A DNA stretch of 64,000 bases. Origin: Porphyromonadaceae bacterium UBA7176. Lineage in GTDB: Bacteria > Bacteroidota > Bacteroidia > Bacteroidales > Muribaculaceae. The stretch spans positions 40,273 through 104,272 of the forward strand of contig DKVO01000036.1 of assembly GCA_002491245.1 (NCBI GenBank), in the 5' to 3' direction. This document shows positions 30,246 to 40,584 of this stretch, one piece after another. Made by a program: the position numbers and the translations under genes. The stretch's first letter is position 1. Every line of letters begins with the position of its first letter. The notes under the pieces are model-generated. The model was not told where the DNA came from, did no database searches, and saw nothing but the letters and a program-made list of their open reading frames with translations.

Positions 30246-31495
30246 CCACAGGCCACCTCACCCTCCTCGACCTCAACCGGCGCATAGCCCGTGCGGTGAC
30301 TGCCGCCCCGGGCCTGGCCGGCATATGGGTCACAGGAGAGACCTCCGATCTCCGGCTTGCCGGCGGACACTGCTACATGGAACTCCTCCAGAAAGAAGAA
30401 CCCGGCATACCCGTAGCCAAAGCCCGTGCCGTCATATGGGCATCGGCCTACTCCATCATCGCCCGTAAATTCGAAGCTACCGCCGGATGCGCCCTGCGCT
30501 CCGATATGAAAGTACTCGTCAGAGTCAACGTAAACTACCATCCCGTCTACGGCCTCAGCCTTGTCATCAACGACATTGAACCGGGCTACACCGTCGGAGA
30601 CCTCGCCCGGAAACGAAATGAAATCATACGTCGCCTCCAGGCCGAAGGGCTCTTCGACTTAAACCGATCCATTCCTTGGCCCGACGTCCCCTACCGCGTC
30701 GCGATAATCTCGGCAGCCGGGGCAGCCGGATACGGCGACTTCGTCAACCACCTGCACAACAACCCAGGCCGGCTGCGATTTGAGACAACACTCTTTGAAG
30801 CTTCGCTCCAAGGCGAAAACACTGTCCCGAGCGTCATTGCAGCTCTCGACGCAATCATGGCACGCATCGACAGCTTCGATTGCGTAGTCATAATCCGTGG
30901 TGGTGGTGCCGTTGCCGACTTGGCATGGTTCGACGACTACAGCCTCGCCCTCAATGTAGCCTCATTTCCAATCCCAATCATAGTCGGAATCGGTCACGAA
31001 CGCGATGTGACCGTGCTCGACTACGTAGCCAACACACGCGTCAAAACGCCAACCGCAGCCGCCGAGTTTCTCCTCGCACGCGTCGGACAGGCATACACCA
31101 CTCTCGTCGCCACTGGTCGCGACATCCTTTCGACGGTAAAATCATATATCGCTGCCCAACGCCAGCAACTCGCATATTGCCACGGACTCATACCAGCGTT
31201 GGCCCAGAATGCAATAGCACGCAACAGACAGAACCTCGACAGCCGCATCGCCCCCATGACACAAAATGCCGTACGCGACACCTTGAGGCGACAGAATTCA
31301 CGGTTGACAGCCCTGTCTGATATCCTCGACGCCATATCGCCTGAAGCGACACTCCGGCGAGGATACAGCATCACCCGGGTCGGCGGCAAGGCACTGACCG
31401 ATAGCGCAGGTATAACCCGTGGCACAGTCATCGAAACCGTCCTCGCCAAAGGCAACCCTCTGCTATCGACCGTCGAGGAAGTGTCAAAACCGTGA
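30242..31495 (+). CDS. xseA: Exodeoxyribonuclease VII large subunit
   Basis: Motifs GHCYMEL, IIRGGG, GIGHERD, KTPTAAA and LRRGYS. Confidence 0.94.
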   Translation: MTTGHLTLLDLNRRIARAVTAAPGLAGIWVTGETSDLRLAGGHCYMELLQKEEPGIPVAKARAVIWASAYSIIARKFEATAGCALRSDMKVLVRVNVNYHPVYGLSLVINDIEPGYTVGDLARKRNEIIRRLQAEGLFDLNRSIPWPDVPYRVAIISAAGAAGYGDFVNHLHNNPGRLRFETTLFEASLQGENTVPSVIAALDAIMARIDSFDCVVIIRGGGAVADLAWFDDYSLALNVASFPIPIIVGIGHERDVTVLDYVANTRVKTPTAAAEFLLARVGQAYTTLVATGRDILSTVKSYIAAQRQQLAYCHGLIPALAQNAIARNRQNLDSRIAPMTQNAVRDTLRRQNSRLTALSDILDAISPEATLRRGYSITRVGGKALTDSAGITRGTVIETVLAKGNPLLSTVEEVSKP

Positions 31496-31608
31496 CATAT
31501 TGCACTATATTCAGCCTATTTCAATATTTTTTTGATTTATTTTAACCAAAAATTTGCGCTAAAAGTTGAAATTTGCTAATTTTGCGAAAAATTCCAAGCA
31601 ATACAACG

Positions 31609-32085
31609 ATGAGTGAAAAGATTGATAATTTAGACCGACGTATACTTCAGATAGTAATGCATAACGCTCGAATTCCCTCCAAAGACGTAGCTTTGGTTTG
31701 CGGAGTATCGCGTGCTGCAATACACCAGCGCCTACAGCGCCTTATCGACCTCAACGTGATCACCGGCTCCGGATATCATGTGAACCAAAAGATAATGGGA
31801 TACGCCACATGTACATACATCGGCGTAAACCTTGAGCGCGGCGCAATGTACAACGAAGTTGTGCCCGAACTCGAAAAAATACCCGAGATCGTGGAGTGCC
31901 ACTTCACTACCGGCCCCTACACCATGCTCATAAAACTCTACGCTCGCGACAACGAACACCTCATGGAGCTTCTCAACAAGAAAATACAGATGATTCCGGG
32001 TGTGACAGGCACGGAGACCCTCATCTCGCTCGATCAGTCGATCGCGCGCGAAATACCCATAAACCTCGACCCCGAAGAAAACTAA
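31609..32085 (+). CDS. Lrp/AsnC-family regulator
   Basis: IDNLDRRIL...NAR HTH and ECHFTTGPY...GTETLISL. Confidence 0.92.
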   Translation: MSEKIDNLDRRILQIVMHNARIPSKDVALVCGVSRAAIHQRLQRLIDLNVITGSGYHVNQKIMGYATCTYIGVNLERGAMYNEVVPELEKIPEIVECHFTTGPYTMLIKLYARDNEHLMELLNKKIQMIPGVTGTETLISLDQSIAREIPINLDPEEN

Positions 32086-32101
32086 CGACCGTCAACGAAG
32101 C

Positions 32102-32872
32102 ATGAACGATAAACAGCCGAGATGGACCGAGATAGAACATCTCCCCGAATGGGATGAAGAGTTCTACCACATCTACACCGCCCGTAAATTCGGCAAATGG
32201 GTGATGATGAAGACCCTGCGGCCCGAGTTGGCCGACGATCCGCGCTATCAGGCAATGATAGAGCAGGAATTCGACGTACGCTACAGCCTCGCGCACCCCA
32301 ATATCGTCATGATAAACGACTTCGAAGACGTGCCCGGGGTAGGACGCTGCATCGTAACCGACGACGTCTACGGCGACAGTCTACGCAAGCTGATTGACCA
32401 GAAAAAAGTAACGCCGGCACACATCGAGCAGCTGCGCCACCAGCTTGTCAGCGCTCTCGAGTACATACAGAGCAAACACATCGTCCATCCTCCGCTCACA
32501 CCCGACAACATAATTTTTACCGAGAACATCGGCAACCTCAAACTTATCGACGTCGGCTATGAGCAACGCCCCTCGCTGTCGCACCAATCCACCGACGACG
32601 ACATATACAACTATGGCCTCGTCCTGAAAGAAGCCATCAAAGCTTCCAAAAACTCCGACCCGAGGCTAAAGCGCGTCGTAAGGCGATGCACCGACCCCGA
32701 GCCAAAACGGCGTTTCCGCGACATGCAGCAGGTACACCTCGCCCTCGAAGGACGGCGCACATCGGTGATCAACCTCATTATATTCATCTTCCTCATCCTC
32801 ATGTTCCTTCTCGCCATATGGCTCATGTCGCCATATCGGCCGATACCGCCTGAGCTTAACGCACCGGTTTAA
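32102..32872 (+). CDS. Membrane-anchored Ser/Thr kinase-like protein (probable pseudokinase)
   Basis: Motifs VMMK, HPNIV, HPPLTPDNI, LKLIDVG and DIY, plus a C-terminal hydrophobic helix. Confidence 0.8.
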   Translation: MNDKQPRWTEIEHLPEWDEEFYHIYTARKFGKWVMMKTLRPELADDPRYQAMIEQEFDVRYSLAHPNIVMINDFEDVPGVGRCIVTDDVYGDSLRKLIDQKKVTPAHIEQLRHQLVSALEYIQSKHIVHPPLTPDNIIFTENIGNLKLIDVGYEQRPSLSHQSTDDDIYNYGLVLKEAIKASKNSDPRLKRVVRRCTDPEPKRRFRDMQQVHLALEGRRTSVINLIIFIFLILMFLLAIWLMSPYRPIPPELNAPV

Positions 32873-32885
32873 ACCTTGATCCATA

Positions 32886-34016
32886 ATGTCGATAAACATA
32901 CACCCCATCGCCACCGACCGCGACCAACTGAGCCAGTACGTACAGTTTCCGATTGACCTTTACCGCGACAACGACTGCTACGTTCCACCTCTTGTGTCCG
33001 ACCAGATAGCAACCCTCACACCCGAAGCGAACCCGGCTTTCGACTTCTGCGAGGCGCAATCGTTCATGGCCTTCGACAATGGCGAGCCGGTCGGCACGAT
33101 TACAGCGATCATAAACCGGGCGGCAAACGAAAAGACAGGTCTGAGGCAAGTGCGCTTCGGCTTCATGGATTTTATCGATAACTCCGAGGTCGTCGACGGA
33201 CTGATTGATGCCGTCGCAGCCTGGGGGCGTCAGCGCGGCATGACCGAAATGGTAGGCCCCGTAGGCTTCACCGATCTCGACCCCGAGGGAATGCTGATCG
33301 AAGGCTTCGGCGAAATGGGCACGATGGCCACAATCTACAACTACCCATACTACGTGAACCATATGGAGCGACTCGGCTTCGAAAAAGATGCCGATTGGGT
33401 CGAATTCCGTATCAAAATACCCGATGCAATCCCCGAGAAACACCTTCGAATAGGCGAAATAATTCAAAAGAAATACGGTCTCAGGGTAAAAAAATACACC
33501 TCGCGCAGCAAAATTAAAAACGAATACGGCCGCGCCATATTCGAACTCGTCAACGAAGCCTACGCCGGCCTATATGGGTTTGTTCCCCTCACCGATAGGC
33601 AGATCGACCATTACATCAGCGTCTACATCGGCGTACTGCGCCTTGAAGACGTCACGCTTATTGTCGACAAGGACGACCGGCTCATCGCTATGGGTATCGC
33701 TATGCCATCGCTATCGCAAGCACTCCGCAAAAGCCGTGGACGACTGTGGCCTTTCGGCTGGTACCACCTTCTCAAAGCGATAAAAGGCCATACCGACGTT
33801 GTAGACCTTCTACTGATCGCTGTAAAGCCCGAATACCAGAGCAAAGGCGTGAATGCGCTGATATTTAACGACCTCATAACACAGTTCAACGCCGACGGAT
33901 ACAAATATGCCGAAAGCAATGTAGAGCTCGAAGACAACGACAACGTGCAGAAACAGTGGGAGTACTTCGACTACCGTCAGCACCGCCGCCGCAGAGCCTG
34001 GAAAAAAGCATTATAA
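32886..34016 (+). CDS. GNAT-fold protein (YghO-like N-acetyltransferase)
   Basis: Motifs YVPPL..D, YNYPYY, VKPEYQSKGV and ELEDN. Confidence 0.8.
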   Translation: MSINIHPIATDRDQLSQYVQFPIDLYRDNDCYVPPLVSDQIATLTPEANPAFDFCEAQSFMAFDNGEPVGTITAIINRAANEKTGLRQVRFGFMDFIDNSEVVDGLIDAVAAWGRQRGMTEMVGPVGFTDLDPEGMLIEGFGEMGTMATIYNYPYYVNHMERLGFEKDADWVEFRIKIPDAIPEKHLRIGEIIQKKYGLRVKKYTSRSKIKNEYGRAIFELVNEAYAGLYGFVPLTDRQIDHYISVYIGVLRLEDVTLIVDKDDRLIAMGIAMPSLSQALRKSRGRLWPFGWYHLLKAIKGHTDVVDLLLIAVKPEYQSKGVNALIFNDLITQFNADGYKYAESNVELEDNDNVQKQWEYFDYRQHRRRRAWKKAL

Positions 34017-34045
34017 CCCACCCGAACATCAAACCTCCCTCCCTT

Positions 34046-34507
34046 ATGCCACTCTCTATCTTCCAGACTGTTGAGTTCTACGTCGTGATGGTATTTATCG
34101 CAGCGGCTGTTGTAGGCATCGCAGCCATGCCGGCCAACCGAGGCGCCGCCCGACAGCAACTCATCGCCGGGACACTCGATTTCAACGCCACGTCCTCCGA
34201 GCCCGGTATAGTAGCCATAGTAGAAGAATGTGGTAAAGTGACCATATATCGTTTCGGCCTCGAAAACGTCGCTGAGAGCGGCGCATTCTCCCTCGCCGTA
34301 ACTTTTATCGGCTACGACGTCACAATCGAAGAGAGGGCCACTTACGGCCGTCACAACGACCGTATGGCCACAGCCGCCCAAGCCACCATCACAGGCTTCG
34401 CTCCAGAGCGCTACCATTTCCTCTACCGCAGCGAAGCCACCGGTCGCAACGCTGCATTCACTCTCAATATCCGACCGGGCAACCGCATCGACCGCCTCCT
34501 CACCTGA
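34046..34507 (+). CDS. Hypothetical protein with N-terminal membrane helix
   Basis: MPLSIFQTVEFYVVMVFIAAAVVGIAA; last gene of the operon before a terminator. Confidence 0.65.
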   Translation: MPLSIFQTVEFYVVMVFIAAAVVGIAAMPANRGAARQQLIAGTLDFNATSSEPGIVAIVEECGKVTIYRFGLENVAESGAFSLAVTFIGYDVTIEERATYGRHNDRMATAAQATITGFAPERYHFLYRSEATGRNAAFTLNIRPGNRIDRLLT

Positions 34508-34546
34508 CCAAAGAAAGGAAGTTAACGATAGTATCGAAACAGGAAA

Positions 34547-34578
34547 GACGGTGTTGCAGAATGGCCTGCAACACCGTC
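34547..34578. terminator. Hairpin between convergent genes
   Basis: gacggtgttgcag / ctgcaacaccgtc. Confidence 0.75.
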
Positions 34579-34636
34579 ATTCAATAACTTGAAATGTCTG
34601 ACCAGCCTAACTTACGGGGTCACTTCTCTTTCACGA

Positions 34637-35380
34637 TTATTCTTCTTCGTCTTCCTCGCGCATGTTATGGAAAACGTTCTGAACATCTTCATCATCCTCG
34701 AGTTTCTCGAGAAGCTTGTTTAAAACCTCGCGCTGCTCGGGAGTAACATCTTTGACATCGTTGGGTATGCGGACAAACTCCGACGAAATGATTTCGTAAC
34801 CGTTCTCCTCAAGGTGTTTCTGTATGTTGGAATATTCCTCGAAAGCACCGTAGAGCACAATCTGCTCGTTACCATCCTCATCTTCATCGTGGCCGAGTTC
34901 GTCCACGCCGTAATCGATAAGCTCGAGTTCCAGATCATCGAGACTCACACCTTCTACGGGTTTGATTTTAAATGAGCATTTGTGGTCGAAAAGGAAAGTG
35001 AGCGAGCCTTGTGTACCGAGGTTGCCGCCGTGCTTGTTGAAGTACGAACGTACGTTTGCTACCGTACGGGTATTGTTGTCTGTAGCTGCTTCGACGAAGA
35101 TAGCAATGCCGAAAGGTCCATATCCTTCATAGGTTATCTCCTTGTAATCGCCGGCATCCTTGTCGGTAGCTTTCTTGATGGCACGTTCGACCGTATCCTT
35201 GGGCATGTTGGCAGCCTTGGCGTTCTGCATCAGGGCGCGCAGACGGGGGTTGGTGTCGGGGTCGGGACCGCCGGCTTTAGCGGCTATCGTTATTTCCTTG
35301 CCGATGCGCGTAAATGTACGCGACATATTGCCCCAGCGTTTGAGTTTGCGTGCTTTGCGGTATTCAAATGCTCTTCCCAT
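34637..35380 (-). CDS. YebC/PmpR-family protein
   Basis: MGRAFEYRK, YEGYGP, TDNNTRT and DVQNVFHN. Confidence 0.95.
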   Translation of the reverse strand: MGRAFEYRKARKLKRWGNMSRTFTRIGKEITIAAKAGGPDPDTNPRLRALMQNAKAANMPKDTVERAIKKATDKDAGDYKEITYEGYGPFGIAIFVEAATDNNTRTVANVRSYFNKHGGNLGTQGSLTFLFDHKCSFKIKPVEGVSLDDLELELIDYGVDELGHDEDEDGNEQIVLYGAFEEYSNIQKHLEENGYEIISSEFVRIPNDVKDVTPEQREVLNKLLEKLEDDEDVQNVFHNMREEDEEE

Positions 35381-35409
35381 GAGTATTCTTAAGTTTATCT
35401 GTTATTGTT

Positions 35410-37884
35410 TTATCGTAATTCTGCTCCAAGCTTTTGGGTGAGGTCATTGATGATCTTGCCCATGACACGCTCGATATATTTGTCCTGAAGGGTCTTTTCG
35501 TCGTCCTGGAGCGTGATTGTTATCGCATACGACTTCTTGCCGGCAGGGAGCTTGTCGCCTTCGTAGACGTCGAAAAGTTCCACCGAGCGGAGGATACGTT
35601 TGTCGGCAGCCCTGACGACAGCCTCGATTTCTGCCATTGTCACAGCTTTGTCGATAAGCAGCGACAGGTCGCGCACTACAGGCTGAGTCTTGGGCAGCGG
35701 CGCATAGAGTGCATTGCGCTTAGCAGCTACACGGGCTATGGTATCCCAGTCGAGTTCGGCATAATATACAGGGCCTTTGCAGTCTACCCTGCGCAGAGGC
35801 TCGGCAGCTACAACACCGGCATGGCCTATTATCTTGCCTTCTACGGTAAACGATAGCGCCTGACTGAATATAGAGTCGTCAGGACATGTCTCTACAGCAG
35901 CGACGGCATCAGATATACCACAACGCTCCAACACCGCATCGACAGCTGCGCGAAGATCGTAGAAAGTAGCTTCCTCGGCCTTGCGCAGCCAGTTGCCGCC
36001 ACGAGTCGAACCGGCTACCCACAGACCCATACGGCTCTTTTCAGTATAAGGAGCCAGCGGAGCTCCTGCCTCGGGTTTCTTGGTCGGATCAAGGAAATAT
36101 ACATTTCCGAACTCATAGAGAGCAGCATCCGGATTGCGGCGGTTTGCGTTGTGAGCCACAGTCTCAAGACCACCATAAAGAAGCGTCTGACGCATCACGC
36201 TAAGGTCGATGCTCAAGGGGTTGAGCAACTTCACGCAGCATTCAGCACGCAGTTCCGATGGCTCGGCATAGTATGAGGCAGCGGTGAGTGAGTTATTGAG
36301 GATTTCGTTCCACCCGGCACCGGTCAGCATCTCGCTTATGGTGCGACGTAGGTCATCGGCAGCATCGACAGGAGTCTTATACGAAAGGCTCGCATGGAGG
36401 CGCGAGTCCATCGGTATCTTGTTATAGTCGTAGATACGGAGGAAGTCCTCTATCACATCGCACGGACGGCGAACGTCCACACGGTAAGTAGGCACATCAA
36501 GGTCAAGACGGTCTCCGTCCGCACGACGGCCGATCTCGAGAGCGTCGAGGATATTGTCGATAGTATCGCGGTCGAAATCATAGCCGATAAGGCGTCCGAA
36601 GTCGCCGTAAGCCATTTCGACCTTGTATGGTGCTACAGGTTCGGGATAATAGTCGGTGACAGGGCCTACTGCTTTTCCCCCGGCGAGACTGCATATTAGG
36701 TCGGCAGCATAGCGCAGGGCATATTCGCAGCCATTTGGGTCGACGCCACGTTCGAAACGGAACGACGAGTCGGTCGATATTGCGTGGCGGCGTGCGGTAC
36801 GGCGAACACTGGTGGCATTGAAACATGCACTCTCAAGGAATACTCGCTTTGTCGAAGCAGTCACACCCGAATCAAGACCACCGAAGACACCGGCCATACA
36901 TTTGGGTTCTGCTCCGTCGCAGATCATCAGATCTGCACCATCGAGCGTGCGTTCAACCCCGTCGAGAGTAGTGAATTTGGAACCGGCCACAGCGCGGCGC
37001 ACAACAACCTTGTCGCCGGCAAGCTTGTCGGCATCGAATGCATGGAGTGGCTGGCCTACAGCGTGGAGCACGAAATTGGTGATGTCTACAACATTATTGA
37101 TCGGATGCAGACCTATCACCTTGAGCTTGTCGGCAAGCCACTCGGGGCTTGGGCCGACCTCTATTCCTTCGATTGTCACACCGCAATAACGGGTCACACC
37201 GGCAGAGTCTTCAACACTTACATTTACTCCACGGCCCTCGGCAGTGATAATATCGGCAGCCTCGGGGCGATGTGCTTTGACAGCGGCGATATCACGGCCG
37301 GTGAGAGCAGCCGCGATGTCACGGGCCACACCATAATGACTGCCTGCGTCAATACGGTTAGGAGTCAAGTCTACCTCGAGTACAAAATCATCCTCGATAT
37401 TGTAGTACTCCGCTGCCGGACGACCTATCATGGCCTCTGCGGCAGCAGGAAGCACGATGATACCGTCGTGCGACGAGCCTACGCCGATTTCATCCTCGGC
37501 ACATATCATACCGAACGATTCCACTCCACGTATCTTCGATTTCTTGATCTTAAATTCGCTTCCGTCGGGGGCGTAGAGGGTAGTGCCGACGGTAGCGACC
37601 ACAACAGTCTGTCCGGCGGCTACATTGGGAGCACCGCATACGATTTGTGTCGGAGTACCTTTGCCGTCGAGATCGACGGTTGTGATATGGAGGTGGTCGC
37701 TGTCGGGATGGGCCTCGCAGGTGAGAACTTTACCCACCACGATGCCGGCAAGGCCGCCGCGGATAGTCTCGACGCGCTCTATGGTGCCGGTCTCCAGGCC
37801 GATAGAGGTCAGGAGAGCGCCAAGCTCGTCGGGCGTCATGTCGAAATCGACATAATCTTTAAGCCATTTATATGATATATTCAT
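35410..37884 (-). CDS. pheT: Phenylalanyl-tRNA synthetase beta subunit
   Basis: MNISYKWL, IVCGAPN, TPNR.D, RFERGVD and an FDX-ACB C-terminus. Confidence 0.97.
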   Translation of the reverse strand: MNISYKWLKDYVDFDMTPDELGALLTSIGLETGTIERVETIRGGLAGIVVGKVLTCEAHPDSDHLHITTVDLDGKGTPTQIVCGAPNVAAGQTVVVATVGTTLYAPDGSEFKIKKSKIRGVESFGMICAEDEIGVGSSHDGIIVLPAAAEAMIGRPAAEYYNIEDDFVLEVDLTPNRIDAGSHYGVARDIAAALTGRDIAAVKAHRPEAADIITAEGRGVNVSVEDSAGVTRYCGVTIEGIEVGPSPEWLADKLKVIGLHPINNVVDITNFVLHAVGQPLHAFDADKLAGDKVVVRRAVAGSKFTTLDGVERTLDGADLMICDGAEPKCMAGVFGGLDSGVTASTKRVFLESACFNATSVRRTARRHAISTDSSFRFERGVDPNGCEYALRYAADLICSLAGGKAVGPVTDYYPEPVAPYKVEMAYGDFGRLIGYDFDRDTIDNILDALEIGRRADGDRLDLDVPTYRVDVRRPCDVIEDFLRIYDYNKIPMDSRLHASLSYKTPVDAADDLRRTISEMLTGAGWNEILNNSLTAASYYAEPSELRAECCVKLLNPLSIDLSVMRQTLLYGGLETVAHNANRRNPDAALYEFGNVYFLDPTKKPEAGAPLAPYTEKSRMGLWVAGSTRGGNWLRKAEEATFYDLRAAVDAVLERCGISDAVAAVETCPDDSIFSQALSFTVEGKIIGHAGVVAAEPLRRVDCKGPVYYAELDWDTIARVAAKRNALYAPLPKTQPVVRDLSLLIDKAVTMAEIEAVVRAADKRILRSVELFDVYEGDKLPAGKKSYAITITLQDDEKTLQDKYIERVMGKIINDLTQKLGAELR

Positions 37885-37963
37885 CGTGCTTTGTGATGTT
37901 TATCTTTTGAATGTGCAAAGTTAGTGATTTTTATCGAAATATCACCTTACTCAAATTTCAGGT

Positions 37964-40033
37964 TCACTTCGACGGAGTATGGTATGTGCCCGAATAATTG
38001 ACGACAGCAGGGCCGGTCAGTAGTATGTGCCCCTGATCAGAAATATCGAAGTCGAGATTACCACCCACCAGACGTACGACAATAGGCCACTCCGCGCGGC
38101 CGGTTGCCACTGCTGCTGCTGCTGCTGCACAAGCTCCCGTTCCACAGGCCATAGTCTCGCCGGCACCACGTTCCCACACGCGCATCGAAAGAGTGTGGGA
38201 GTCATCGACGCGCACAAATTCTATATTCGCTTTCTCGGGCCATATTTCGTGCTTCTCCAGTTCCGGTCCGAGTCCGGTGACGATGTCTCCGTCGAAATTA
38301 TCGACGAATATCACGCCGTGGGGATTGCCTACCGAGACGGCGGTAACACGCACCTCTGTATCTTTGACCGCGACAGCGACGTCAATCATCCTGTCGCCAT
38401 CATATCTTACCGGAATATCAGCCGGTGCGAATATCGGCGCTCCCATATCGACAGTAACAGTATCAGTCAAGCCATCGATACCGGTATGGACCTCTACGGT
38501 CTTGACTCCGCTCAAGGTTTCGATAGTGATTGTCTTACCTGTAGCTATTTTGTTGTCGTATACATATTTGGCCACACAACGAATACCATTGCCGCACATC
38601 TGAGCCTCTGTTCCATCAGCGTTGAAGATACGCATCCGGCAATCAGCCTTGTCGCTCGGCAGGACGGCGAGAATACCGTCAGTACCCATGCCGGTATGAC
38701 GGCGACCGGCCTCTATGGCAATCTCCGACAGATTGTCGAGTGGACGCTCAAGGCAATTTATAAATATGAAATCGTTGCCGAGACCCTGCATCTTGACAAA
38801 AGGAATATCATCAAACTTGACAGTCGGTATCGCTGCACTGCCGTCCGAAAGCGAGCCCACAGCTTCGGCAAGATGGCTGAGACCTTCATCGAGGATAGCT
38901 CGCGGCACACCGATATTCATGCGCATGAATCCAGTACCTTCATTGCCGAATGTGCTGCCCTCGCTCAAGGCAAGGTGGCCACGCTCTACAATCAGTTTCA
39001 CAAGCTCCTCACGGCTGAGACCAAGCTCATGGAAATCGAGCCAGACGGTAAACGACGCCTCGGGCCTGTAGAGTTTCACCAACGGCAGATTTTCAGCGAA
39101 ATATTCTGCCGCATGGTCAACATTCGCCTGAAGATAGTCGAGCGCCTGGTCGAGCCACACACCACCGTGCTCATAAGCGGCCTGAGTGGCAACCATCGCA
39201 GTGATAGGCGGCGCATTGAACTCGCTGGCCGACAGCCATGCATAGAACGGCTCCCGCAACTTCGCCGATTTGACCACACACCAGGCACTCACGATGCCGG
39301 GGATATTGAATGTCTTCGACGGAGCACCGAGCGTCACCGTCACCTCCTCAGCTTCGGGCGATACCGAAGCGGTGGGGATATGACGGCGTCCACCGAGCAT
39401 CATGTCGCCGTAGATTTCGTCAGAAACGAGCACGACCCCGTGCTCACGACATATCGAGGCTACACGGCGTAGCACATCCGCATCCCACTGCAGACCTATA
39501 GGGTTGTGAGGATTGCACACTATCATCATCGTCGGCCGTTCACTCTCCATCACACGCTCAAGGCCGTCGAAATCCATCACATAATGTCCTTCGCTGTCGA
39601 GTATGAGCGGATTGTTGACCACACGCCTACCGTTACCCTCGATTACCGAACGGAACGAATGATACACCGGCGGCTGTATCAGCACCCCATCGCCGGGGCG
39701 CGTGAAGTAATTGATACACAGGCTTAGACCCTTCTTCAGTCCTGGCATGAACGTAACCTCATTGTTATCCACATCCCACCCATGCCGGCGACGGAGCCAA
39801 CCGGTGATGCTCCCCCAGAATTCTTCAGGGGGTGTGGTATATCCAAGGACAGTATGGTTCAAGCGGTTGCGCAGAGCCTCGATTATTGCCGGACAGGCTT
39901 GAAAGTCCATGTCGGCAATCCAGAACGGCAACAGGTCATGGCGCCCGAATTTGGCGTCCATTTCCTCAAATTTTGTAGCGCAGGTATCGTGTCGGTCGAC
40001 CACACAGTCGAAATTGTACTTCTCTTCAGTCAT
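37964..40033 (-). CDS. dapF: Fusion of a PatB/MalY-family PLP C-S lyase (N-terminal about 400 aa) and diaminopimelate epimerase DapF (C-terminal about 280 aa)
   Basis: PatB motifs WIADMDF, CNPHNP, SDEIY and SKTFN, then DapF motifs KMQGLGNDF, MCGNG, GNPH and ERGAGETMACGTG in one open frame. Confidence 0.92.
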   Translation of the reverse strand: MTEEKYNFDCVVDRHDTCATKFEEMDAKFGRHDLLPFWIADMDFQACPAIIEALRNRLNHTVLGYTTPPEEFWGSITGWLRRRHGWDVDNNEVTFMPGLKKGLSLCINYFTRPGDGVLIQPPVYHSFRSVIEGNGRRVVNNPLILDSEGHYVMDFDGLERVMESERPTMMIVCNPHNPIGLQWDADVLRRVASICREHGVVLVSDEIYGDMMLGGRRHIPTASVSPEAEEVTVTLGAPSKTFNIPGIVSAWCVVKSAKLREPFYAWLSASEFNAPPITAMVATQAAYEHGGVWLDQALDYLQANVDHAAEYFAENLPLVKLYRPEASFTVWLDFHELGLSREELVKLIVERGHLALSEGSTFGNEGTGFMRMNIGVPRAILDEGLSHLAEAVGSLSDGSAAIPTVKFDDIPFVKMQGLGNDFIFINCLERPLDNLSEIAIEAGRRHTGMGTDGILAVLPSDKADCRMRIFNADGTEAQMCGNGIRCVAKYVYDNKIATGKTITIETLSGVKTVEVHTGIDGLTDTVTVDMGAPIFAPADIPVRYDGDRMIDVAVAVKDTEVRVTAVSVGNPHGVIFVDNFDGDIVTGLGPELEKHEIWPEKANIEFVRVDDSHTLSMRVWERGAGETMACGTGACAAAAAAVATGRAEWPIVVRLVGGNLDFDISDQGHILLTGPAVVNYSGTYHTPSK

Positions 40034-40088
40034 AGTACTGCAAAATTACTAAATATTGGCCGCTATTCCAACGGTGTAGGGTACATAC

Positions 40089-40583
40089 TCAAAATTTAAC
40101 ATCGAAATCCTGCCTCGGCAGATGCGCAAGGGCGACCCCGACAGCCATCGAACCTCCGTTAGCGAATGTCATGCCATATGGCATCGACTCTTTATAGCCC
40201 TTCCACGATGGCAAACAACGATAGTCGAGAGCTATCACATGCTTATCCGGATAAGCTTTGAGCCCGAACGACGGTTCTGCTCCACCATCGACTATTATCA
40301 ACCCGGCATCGGCCGGCTCAACGAACACTGCACCGGGCATAGCCTCACCGACAGCTCGCTTGTACCGGTCAGCCCCCACAAGGGCAACCGACATGGGCCG
40401 CAAAGCCAGGACAATACGGAAAACCGTGCGGTAACATTCATCGCCGGGCATACGGAGATAGGCATAATAACCCATCTCCTGATGCAGTACCTCGGTGATG
40501 AAACGGTAGGCGAAAGGAGAGTGGATACCGAAACCGCGCCCGTGACGCCAACGGTTAAAAAGCTGAGACAACCCCGACAGCAT
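40089..40583 (-). CDS. Hypothetical protein (GxGxHSPF N-terminal motif seen in Bacteroidales methyltransferase-like proteins)
   Basis: RGFGIHSPFAY; ATG at 40583 lies just after the yfhO stop. Confidence 0.65.
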   Translation of the reverse strand: MLSGLSQLFNRWRHGRGFGIHSPFAYRFITEVLHQEMGYYAYLRMPGDECYRTVFRIVLALRPMSVALVGADRYKRAVGEAMPGAVFVEPADAGLIIVDGGAEPSFGLKAYPDKHVIALDYRCLPSWKGYKESMPYGMTFANGGSMAVGVALAHLPRQDFDVKF

Positions 40584-40584
40584 A

